Of a DNA stretch of 16,297 nucleotides, positions 8,084 through 15,250 are shown piece by piece (positions within the stretch are counted from its first letter, which is position 1; the number at the start of each line of letters is the position of its first letter). Where the stretch lies: positions 1-16,297 of the forward strand of contig JAEOTS010000111.1 in the NCBI GenBank assembly GCA_016839745.1. The letters run 5' to 3'. The position numbers were made by a program, and so were the translations under genes. The DNA is from Promethearchaeota archaeon. Lineage in GTDB: Archaea > Asgardarchaeota > Lokiarchaeia > Sigyniarchaeales > SOKP01. Below the pieces are notes generated by a model. That model ran no database searches and was not told where the DNA came from. It saw only the letters and a list, made by a program, of their open reading frames with translations.

Positions 8084-9637
8084 ATGGATGTTATTAATTA
8101 TGACGAAAGCAGAGTAATTTCGACTTTCCCGGTTATAGTAATCGGAGCTGGACTTGGTGGACTCGGTGCTGCATGCCAACTTATTCTTAGGGGAGAAAAA
8201 GTCTTATTATTAGAGAAACACAACGTCCCTGGCGGATTTGCCACCTCCTTTGTGAGAGGTAGATTCGAATTTGAGGGAGCATTGCACGAGTTAAGCGATA
8301 TTGGAACTGAGCATAACAGAGGTAGTCTTTATCGATTTTTGGAGAGATTAGGTGTGGTACCAGAAAAATTGAAATTTACCCAAGTCCCCGAATTTTATCG
8401 GAGCGTGTTTAGTGACGGTTTCGATGTTACCATTCCCCTTGGACTTGAAGGGTATACCGAAAAAATGATTGAGTTATTTCCCTCTGAAAAGCAAGGGATA
8501 GAAAAGTTCATAGCTATGTGTAAAGCAGTTTTAGAAGGCATTAAATACATTGCTTCTAAAGGGGGAAAGTTTTCACCAGCAGAAATGTTAAAAGAACACC
8601 CTTGGATACCACGAATTTCTGGCCTTACATTATCAGAGTTGTATAAGAAATTCTTTAAAGATGAGAAATTGAAAGCCTTGATTTCCCAACTCTGGGGTTA
8701 TATTGGCTTACCTCCTGATAGAACAAACGCATATACGTATATAGCTATGCTCATTTTCTATTTAGAATGGGGGGCTGCTTATCCAATTGGAAGATCGCAT
8801 TCGTTAACAACTGCTATGATTGAATCGTTTGAAGAACGGGGGGGTGAAATAAGATATAACTCCTTAGTCGATCAAATTCTTGTAAAAGATGGAAAAGTCT
8901 CAGGTGTAAAACTCCTCAACGGTGATATATATTTGAGTAAGGCAGTAATTTCGAACGTAAATCCAATTTGCACAACCATGAAGATGCTCCCTCAAGAAGA
9001 TGTACCGGATAGTTATAAAAAAAAGATTTTCGCTCCAGAAATTGGACCATCTGGTTTTTCTGTTTATATAGGTTTAAATGCTTCTTATAAAGAGTTAGGT
9101 TTTACCGCTCATGAAACATTTATTAACGACTTATACGACGCGAATAAGGCTTTTGAGAATTTTACTAAATTGGAAACACCTAAATATATGGTTGCTGCTT
9201 GTTATAATCACATTTACGAAGAAATCTCTCCTCCTGGGACTACACAAATAGTTTTAACAACCCTTCAGATGGGTAAACTTTGGCAAAATATTGCACCAGA
9301 TCAGTATTTCAATTTAAAGGATAAAATAGCTGATGGGATGGTGTCGTTAGTAGAAAATACAATTTGTCCCGAATTTAGAGATTATATTGAAGTAGCTGAG
9401 GCTGCAACTCCATTAACATATTACCGCTATTCTAAAAATCTTGAAGGTGCGATTTATGGAACAACTCAGGATGTTACAAATGGACCTTTACTTCGTTTGA
9501 AAAGTAGGGGACCAATTCCTGGATTATATCAGGTGGGTGCTTGGACCAATTTTGGTGGTGGTTTTTCTACTACTATTCTTAGTGGAAGGATAGGCGCGGG
9601 AGTATACTTAAGCGATAAGATAAAAGGGAGGATATGA
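8084..9637 (+). CDS. Phytoene desaturase/CrtISO/retinol saturase-family FAD-dependent oxidoreductase
   Basis: VIVIGAGLGGL...LLEKHNVPGG dinucleotide fold, FEFEGALH, TPLTYYRY...GAIYG, PIPGLYQVGAWTNFGGG. 517 aa. Confidence 0.88.
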   Translation: MDVINYDESRVISTFPVIVIGAGLGGLGAACQLILRGEKVLLLEKHNVPGGFATSFVRGRFEFEGALHELSDIGTEHNRGSLYRFLERLGVVPEKLKFTQVPEFYRSVFSDGFDVTIPLGLEGYTEKMIELFPSEKQGIEKFIAMCKAVLEGIKYIASKGGKFSPAEMLKEHPWIPRISGLTLSELYKKFFKDEKLKALISQLWGYIGLPPDRTNAYTYIAMLIFYLEWGAAYPIGRSHSLTTAMIESFEERGGEIRYNSLVDQILVKDGKVSGVKLLNGDIYLSKAVISNVNPICTTMKMLPQEDVPDSYKKKIFAPEIGPSGFSVYIGLNASYKELGFTAHETFINDLYDANKAFENFTKLETPKYMVAACYNHIYEEISPPGTTQIVLTTLQMGKLWQNIAPDQYFNLKDKIADGMVSLVENTICPEFRDYIEVAEAATPLTYYRYSKNLEGAIYGTTQDVTNGPLLRLKSRGPIPGLYQVGAWTNFGGGFSTTILSGRIGAGVYLSDKIKGRI

Positions 9638-9640
9638 ATA

Positions 9641-10840
9641 ATGGAAAAAGAAATAATGGAAGACGTTAAAAAATATCAAAAAGCTGAGAAGTTAAAGAAA
9701 AAACGAGACGAAGTCGAACCTTTACCTTGGTATTACGATGGTTTAGAAAACTTATGTAATAGAATCCATCCTGGAAAGCAATTATTGCAGGTTAGTGATA
9801 TTGAATTTCTCTCACGAGACACTAAATTATTTAGATTTATCTCTGCTAAGCCAAATAAGCCCTTAGCACCTTTTCGAGCTGGACAATACATAGGATTGAC
9901 CGTAGATATTAATGGAGTTAGAACTTCCCGTCCTTTTTCACTTGCCAACTCTCCAAATCAACTGTCATATTACGAATTAGGGGTAAGAATAAAAGAAGGC
10001 GGATTCGTTAGCCCATTCCTTATTGAAAACTTAAAGGTAGGAGACATTTTAGAAGCATCTGAACCACTTGGAAATCTTTTCTATAACCCAATGTTTCACG
10101 GAAAAGACTTAGTTTTTATTGCTGGAGGAAGTGGAATAACGCCATTTATATCAATGTTAAGAGATATCAGTGAGAAAAAACTTCCGTTAAATATATGGTT
10201 AATATTTGGTTGTTTAACTGAAAAAGATATATTGTTTAGAAAAGAATTAGATGATATCCAGAAAAGAAGGTCAAATATTAAAACAAGATATATTCTCTCT
10301 GAACCAGATTCTGATTGGAAAGGAGAATGTGGGTTTATCACACGAGATAAAATATTAAATGAAATCGGCACAATTGCAAACAAATATTTTTATGTGGTTG
10401 GTAATCGCGCTATGTACGAATTTGTAAGAGAAGAATTAAATACTCTTGGAATTCCTCAACATCGAATCTATTACGAAGCATTTGGAGTTCCTGACGATAT
10501 TACAAAAGTTATCGGGTGGCCTCAAGAAATAAATTCATCACATAAAATTCAAATTACAGTAGAATATAGACGCAATACATTCAAGGAGAAAATAGAGTTC
10601 GAAGCATTATGTACAGAACCAATTTTAAACAGTCTAGAACGATCGATCAAGGATGAAATCGAGATTGCAAATGCTTGTCGTTCGGGTGAATGTGCTCTTT
10701 GCCGAACAAGAATGATTTCAGGTAAGGTTTTTGTTCCTCCAGAAGTGACAATACGGGAAGTAGACAACAATTTTGGGTTTATCCATCCTTGTATCTCCTA
10801 CCCCCTTACAGATGTCCATTTGGATTTAACATTAACATAG
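9641..10840 (+). CDS. FNR-type FAD/NAD(P)-binding oxidoreductase with a C-terminal plant-type [2Fe-2S] domain (PaaE/KshB-like architecture)
   Basis: FRAGQY, RPFS, GGFVS, IAGGSGITPF, YEAF, and C-x4-C-x2-C-x29-C (CRSGECALC...IHPC). GGGAGG RBS upstream. Confidence 0.9.
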   Translation: MEKEIMEDVKKYQKAEKLKKKRDEVEPLPWYYDGLENLCNRIHPGKQLLQVSDIEFLSRDTKLFRFISAKPNKPLAPFRAGQYIGLTVDINGVRTSRPFSLANSPNQLSYYELGVRIKEGGFVSPFLIENLKVGDILEASEPLGNLFYNPMFHGKDLVFIAGGSGITPFISMLRDISEKKLPLNIWLIFGCLTEKDILFRKELDDIQKRRSNIKTRYILSEPDSDWKGECGFITRDKILNEIGTIANKYFYVVGNRAMYEFVREELNTLGIPQHRIYYEAFGVPDDITKVIGWPQEINSSHKIQITVEYRRNTFKEKIEFEALCTEPILNSLERSIKDEIEIANACRSGECALCRTRMISGKVFVPPEVTIREVDNNFGFIHPCISYPLTDVHLDLTLT

Positions 10841-10909
10841 TTTTTTTTTAATATGAATTTAATTTCAATAACTTTTTTTCAAAAAAGAATAATTAGTAGA
10901 AAAAAAAAA
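10841..10909. terminator. Bidirectional terminator region between convergent genes
   Basis: T9 (10841-10849) directly after the + strand stop. A10 (10900-10909, T10 on the - strand) just after the - strand stop. Central CTTTTTT-TC-AAAAAAG inverted repeat (10872-10887). Confidence 0.6.
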
Positions 10910-10913
10910 TAAT

Positions 10914-11738
10914 TTACTTAAATCGCCATTTCGGTTTAGTTTTCTGCAATTTTGCAAGAGCTCCGGATACGGCATCTTTAGTTTGAAGTAATTGAGAGCT
11001 AACCAAAGTTTCTAATTCAAGCCCAAAAGCTACATCCTTACCATAACAATCGTCAATTAATTTTTTTGTCAATCCTACGGCCAGTGGGGCACTATCAATA
11101 AGTTCGTCAGAATACATTTTAATAATTGAATCTAATTCTTCTGGAGATTTTGCTACTCTATTGACAACCCCAAGCCTGTATGCCTCGTTTCCGTCGAAGT
11201 TCCTTCCTGTTAAAATAATGTCCTTAGCGTTTTGGATTCCACATAGTCTTACTGTTCTAATAGTCCCCCCTACATCTGGATTCATTCCAATCTTTGTTTC
11301 TAACATACTAAAATTCGCGGAATCTAAGCAGAATCTGAAGTCACAAGCGAGTGCTAACTCAAATGCCATACCAAAACAATAGCCGTTAATTTTTGCTATT
11401 ACTGGTTTTTCCATTTTCTCAATTTTAGTAAAAATTGGATGAATCCAAGTATTAGCGAAATATCTAAAGTTACGGGGTACTCTTAAATCCGGAATTACTC
11501 CTTCTGGATCTTTTTCTTGGCCTGTTAAAAAGTTCAAATCAATACCTGCGCTAAAAAAATCATCCCCTCCAGTGATAATAACGACCCTAGTATCAGATCT
11601 TTCTACATTATCTATAGCATTCTGAAGTCCTACCATTAAATCATAATTCAACGCATTTTTTTTTGCTAATCTGTTCATCTTTATTGTTGTTATTGTTCCA
11701 TCTTCATTTTTTTCTATTAAAACTGCCTGTTCATTCAC
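10914..11738 (-). CDS. Enoyl-CoA hydratase/isomerase (crotonase family)
   Basis: MNRLAKKNAL, FFSAGIDL, KPVIAKINGYCFGMAFELALACDFR, LETKIGMNPDVGG. GTG start. Confidence 0.9.
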   Translation of the reverse strand: MNEQAVLIEKNEDGTITTIKMNRLAKKNALNYDLMVGLQNAIDNVERSDTRVVIITGGDDFFSAGIDLNFLTGQEKDPEGVIPDLRVPRNFRYFANTWIHPIFTKIEKMEKPVIAKINGYCFGMAFELALACDFRFCLDSANFSMLETKIGMNPDVGGTIRTVRLCGIQNAKDIILTGRNFDGNEAYRLGVVNRVAKSPEELDSIIKMYSDELIDSAPLAVGLTKKLIDDCYGKDVAFGLELETLVSSQLLQTKDAVSGALAKLQKTKPKWRFK

Positions 11739-11786
11739 AATTTATCATCTTATTAAGTTTATTTATTTATTATACTATAATAAAGG

Positions 11787-11797
11787 AAAAAAAAAAA
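11787..11797 (-). terminator. Oligo-T terminator of the ltp4-ltp3-DUF35-DUF35 unit
   Basis: A11 on + (T11 on -), about 15 nt after the stop at 11813. Confidence 0.5.
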
Positions 11798-11812
11798 TGT
11801 ATTAATTTTTTA

Positions 11813-12262
11813 TTATATTAGTTCAAAATATTCTATATCCAAAATTCTTTTTCTTGGATTTTCTTTAAAAACGGCTTTTACCTTCATCCCTATTTTTAGT
11901 TTTTCTGGATCGCTTTCGTTTATGATATGTACAAAATCTGTGTCAGCACCATCAAGTCTGATAATTCCATAAGCGAACGGCGGTTCTAAAGGCATAACTG
12001 GAGTAGAATGTGTAATAACAGTAAAACCTTTAACAATTCCTTGATTTCCGATCTCAATCCACTCTTCCATTTTTTCAAAACATTCAAAACATATCATTTT
12101 GGGAGGAACGTACACCTTATTACACTTAGGACATTTAACTCCATAAATTTTATTGTTTTTTCCGATTTCGGTTATAAACCGTTCAACATATGCTCCTGCT
12201 GTGTGTTTATAGGGAACTTTAATCCTTCCTCGATACACTTTTTTCTCAATTTCTTGACTCAT
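11813..12262 (-). CDS. DUF35-type Zn-ribbon + OB-fold protein
   Basis: CPKC...PPKMICFEC, PFAYGIIRLDGADT, KIGMKVKAVF. GGAGG RBS upstream. Confidence 0.9.
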   Translation of the reverse strand: MSQEIEKKVYRGRIKVPYKHTAGAYVERFITEIGKNNKIYGVKCPKCNKVYVPPKMICFECFEKMEEWIEIGNQGIVKGFTVITHSTPVMPLEPPFAYGIIRLDGADTDFVHIINESDPEKLKIGMKVKAVFKENPRKRILDIEYFELI

Positions 12263-12279
12263 TATTTTTCCCTCCAGTT

Positions 12280-12768
12280 TTAATCCTCATTTTTTATTAC
12301 TTTATAATATAAAATATCTCCTATATTGCCTTCTCTTTCTTCTTTAAAAACGGCTTCAACGCGTTGACCAACTTTTAGTTTAGTGTAGTCTGTTTCATCA
12401 ACGAAATGCATTGTATAGGTATCAGCACCATCAAGTTTAAATATCGCATAACCATACGGAAATGGGCGTAATCCTCCCGTAGTAGGATCTGTGAACGGAT
12501 AGTTCACAACTGTGAATCCTTCTAAAGTGCCCCTAGGCGATAATTCAACCATATCGTCAATAGTCATTTCAACAAGACATTCGGCACAGACTGCTCTTGG
12601 TGGAGAGTGGACTTTGCCACATTTAGAGCATTTGCTTCCCATTATCTTCTTATTATCCTTTAATTCTTCAAAGAACTTTACTGCTAATTTTCCAATCGAA
12701 TATCTATAAGGTAAATCTGTTTTCCATTTAATTTCAAATATTTTTTCTTGACCTTTTTTTTTGCTCAT
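12280..12768 (-). CDS. DUF35-type Zn-ribbon + OB-fold protein
   Basis: CSKC...PPRAVCAEC, PYGYAIFKLDGADT, KVGQRVEAVF. The GAGGTGA RBS overlaps the upstream stop codon. Confidence 0.9.
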   Translation of the reverse strand: MSKKKGQEKIFEIKWKTDLPYRYSIGKLAVKFFEELKDNKKIMGSKCSKCGKVHSPPRAVCAECLVEMTIDDMVELSPRGTLEGFTVVNYPFTDPTTGGLRPFPYGYAIFKLDGADTYTMHFVDETDYTKLKVGQRVEAVFKEEREGNIGDILYYKVIKNED

Positions 12769-12772
12769 TTTA

Positions 12773-13939
12773 TCACCTCATTGGTTCTTTACCTAGTATT
12801 AAAATTTCAGTCCAAAGACTTCCACCAAAACCCATAGCGAGAGCTTTTTCGACATCTGGCACTTGTCTTTTTTCACCTCGCCCCATAATTTGGGTTGCAG
12901 CTTCGGCTACTCTTACCAAAGCCGTAGCACCAATGGGATTCGTACTCAAAACACCACCCGAGGGATTCACTGGGAATTCTCCACTCATTTGAGTTATTCC
13001 TTCATCCAATAATTTTCCACCTTCACCCGGCTTGCAAAAACCTAACGCTTCTGTCCAAGAAAGCTCGCTCCAAGATGTAGGTTCATAAATTTCTGCTACA
13101 TCTAAATCTTTTATGGGATTATTAATACCCGCTTTTTTATAGGCTTTCTTAGAAGCGATGGTTGCTGTTGGAAGATCGTACATCTTATCGTCAGTTCCAA
13201 AAGTGTAATAATGAGCCGTCTCAACAGCGTGGAACCAAGCAGGATTATCTGTAATCTTTTTTGTTTCTTGCTCGTTAGCGTAAATAAGAGCACAAGCGCC
13301 TTCGCTTTGAGGACAACAATCGTGCAATCTTAAGGGGTAAGATATCATTTGTGAGCTCATAACATAATCAATTGTAATGTTTGGCATCTGTAAGTGAGCA
13401 TATGGATTATTAGCCGCATTGCTTCTATTCTTAACGGTAACCTTAGCAGCTTGCTCTGCTGTGATTCCATACTTAGCAGAATACATACCAGCCATTAAAG
13501 CTAGTGGACCTAACGCTCCAGCTAAGGAGGGCCGTTCCCACACTGGATCGAAAGCTGTAATTATACCTGTTGTAGCTCCGCCCTCATTTAATTTTTCCCA
13601 ACCAATTACTAGAACATTATTATAAATTCCCGAGGCTACATTATGATACCCACAGATTGCTAAAGAACTACCGGTGGTTCCTCCCGTAGCCACTTTTACT
13701 ATGGGTTTTAAATATCCCGGTGCAGCTTCAATTCCACACATCAATTCAGAAAAATTTATTCCTTCAAAATGATCCATATTCCCAATAATGATTGCATCAA
13801 TCTCTTTAGGTTCAAGTTGAGCGTCGTCAAGAGCCATTTTAACTGCTTCGTAAATCATCTCAGGAATGTTTACATCTCTTCTTTTGCTTCTAAATTTTGT
13901 TTGTCCTATACCGACAACGGCTACATCATGTTTAGCCAT
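12773..13939 (-). CDS. ltp3: Ltp3-like thiolase-fold protein (putative retro-aldolase catalytic subunit)
   Basis: GQTKF.SKR.DV, DHFEG, GWEK, NPYAHLQ.P.IT, AEIYEPTSW, PVNPSGGVLSTNPIGA resemble actinobacterial Ltp3 as I recall it. No Cys in VATGGTTG, Tyr replaces the His of HDxF, and Asn replaces the His of GHP. Confidence 0.8.
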   Translation of the reverse strand: MAKHDVAVVGIGQTKFRSKRRDVNIPEMIYEAVKMALDDAQLEPKEIDAIIIGNMDHFEGINFSELMCGIEAAPGYLKPIVKVATGGTTGSSLAICGYHNVASGIYNNVLVIGWEKLNEGGATTGIITAFDPVWERPSLAGALGPLALMAGMYSAKYGITAEQAAKVTVKNRSNAANNPYAHLQMPNITIDYVMSSQMISYPLRLHDCCPQSEGACALIYANEQETKKITDNPAWFHAVETAHYYTFGTDDKMYDLPTATIASKKAYKKAGINNPIKDLDVAEIYEPTSWSELSWTEALGFCKPGEGGKLLDEGITQMSGEFPVNPSGGVLSTNPIGATALVRVAEAATQIMGRGEKRQVPDVEKALAMGFGGSLWTEILILGKEPMR

Positions 13940-13941
13940 CT

Positions 13942-15084
13942 TTATTCACCTCCAAAAATTAACACGCAATTTCCTTGAGAACATATCCCATTCATACCGT
14001 ACGCAAGGCCAGTTTTTGCGTTAGAAATTTGTCTTCTATCAGCTTTTCCCTGTAGTTGTAAAGCAATCTCAGCTACCCTAATTAATCCATTAGCCATGGT
14101 AGGATTGCTGGATAGCACACCTCCAGAGGGATTTACGGGGATTGATCCATTCAATTCTGTTTCACCGCTTTCTATGAACTTACCACCCTCTCCTTTCTCA
14201 CAAAGTCCTAGCGCTTCATAAATCATGAGCTCGTGAGCACTAAAATTTTCGCTTACCTCACATACATCCAAATTTTCTTTAGGATTATTTACACCCGCCA
14301 TTCGATAAGCTTCCTTAGCTGCTAATTCTAACCCAATTAAATCAGTCATGTTTCTATTTCCCAAATAATACGCATCAGTACAACTCCCATAACCTTTAAG
14401 CCAAATAGGATTATCTGTCATTCTTTTAGCAACTTCTTCTTTTGCTAAAAGCATAGCAACAGCTCCATCTGAAAACGGAGGAAAATCTAGTTCTTTCAGA
14501 GGATAAGCCATCATCTTAGAATTGAGTACATCTTTTATAGTGATTTCTTCCCGCAAATGTGCGTAAGGATTGTTGAGGGCATTTTTTCGATTTTTAACCA
14601 CAACCATTGCTGCTTGTTCTTCAGTCACATCGTATTTATTCATATACATGTTTGCCATTAAACCGGCAGAAGAATTTTGATCAAGACCTAAGTGCCTTTG
14701 ATAATATGGATCAAATATCGTGTTATTTACGAGGTATTGGTTAACTTCAGAACATTTACAATGCGAAACTACTAATACAGTATCGTACGACTCTGATAAA
14801 ATCCTCATGGCCCCGTACATAAAAGCAAAAGCACCATCCCCAGAAACCCTTGATTCTGCTTTTCTTACGGCCCCTACAGCATCTTGTATAGCCATGTTTG
14901 CAATTGTTCTCCCATCATTAAAATCATTAGAACCTGTAATTACACAGCCAACATCATCATTATTTATTCCTAAATTGTTATGAAGCTTCTTAACTACCTC
15001 GAATACAAGTTCAGAGTACGTTTGATCTATCTTATCTGCTTCATATTTAGTTTGTGTGCATCCAACTATTGCAATTTTATCCAT
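13942..15084 (-). CDS. ltp4: Ltp4-like thiolase-fold protein (degenerate active site, probable partner subunit)
   Basis: GSNDFNDGR, AESRVSGDG, VKNRKNALNNPYA, PVNPSGGVLSSNP..ANGLIRV. It lacks the catalytic Cys and both His positions (EVSENF, SSNP). It lies 2 nt upstream of the ltp3-like gene. Confidence 0.75.
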   Translation of the reverse strand: MDKIAIVGCTQTKYEADKIDQTYSELVFEVVKKLHNNLGINNDDVGCVITGSNDFNDGRTIANMAIQDAVGAVRKAESRVSGDGAFAFMYGAMRILSESYDTVLVVSHCKCSEVNQYLVNNTIFDPYYQRHLGLDQNSSAGLMANMYMNKYDVTEEQAAMVVVKNRKNALNNPYAHLREEITIKDVLNSKMMAYPLKELDFPPFSDGAVAMLLAKEEVAKRMTDNPIWLKGYGSCTDAYYLGNRNMTDLIGLELAAKEAYRMAGVNNPKENLDVCEVSENFSAHELMIYEALGLCEKGEGGKFIESGETELNGSIPVNPSGGVLSSNPTMANGLIRVAEIALQLQGKADRRQISNAKTGLAYGMNGICSQGNCVLIFGGE

Positions 15085-15107
15085 TTTTAATTCTCTCTTT
15101 TTTTTAG

Positions 15108-15162
15108 TTTATTATAAAAATTAATTATATTATTGATTGATTCATCTATAAAGGCTTTTATA
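15108..15162 (-). promoter_or_regulatory. Candidate promoter region of the ltp4-ltp3 operon
   Basis: On the - strand: AAAAGCC-TTTATAGA (TATA at 15152-15145) and an alternative TTTATAAT (15118-15111). Inverted repeat TATAAA-GGCT-TTTATA at 15147-15162. Confidence 0.35.
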
Positions 15163-15210
15163 ATTGTAATTTAAACCCTAAAATGATTTTAATAATTTTT
15201 ATTGTTTATC

Positions 15211-15245
15211 AAAAAAAAAAGGTATTAAGCTTAGAAAGAAAAAAA
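15211..15245 (-). terminator. Oligo-T terminator after the acyl-CoA ligase gene
   Basis: A7 (15239-15245) and A10 (15211-15220) on +, which are T-tracts on - downstream of the stop at 15251. Confidence 0.5.
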
Positions 15246-15250
15246 GAATA

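Noticed and set aside
8084-9637. Carotenoid biosynthesis (crtI)
   Set aside because: There is no phytoene synthase, cyclase or prenyltransferase nearby, and family membership alone does not specify the reaction.
9641-10840. kshB or paaE of an aerobic oxygenase
   Set aside because: The architecture matches, but there is no KshA or PaaABC partner in the window, so no symbol was assigned.
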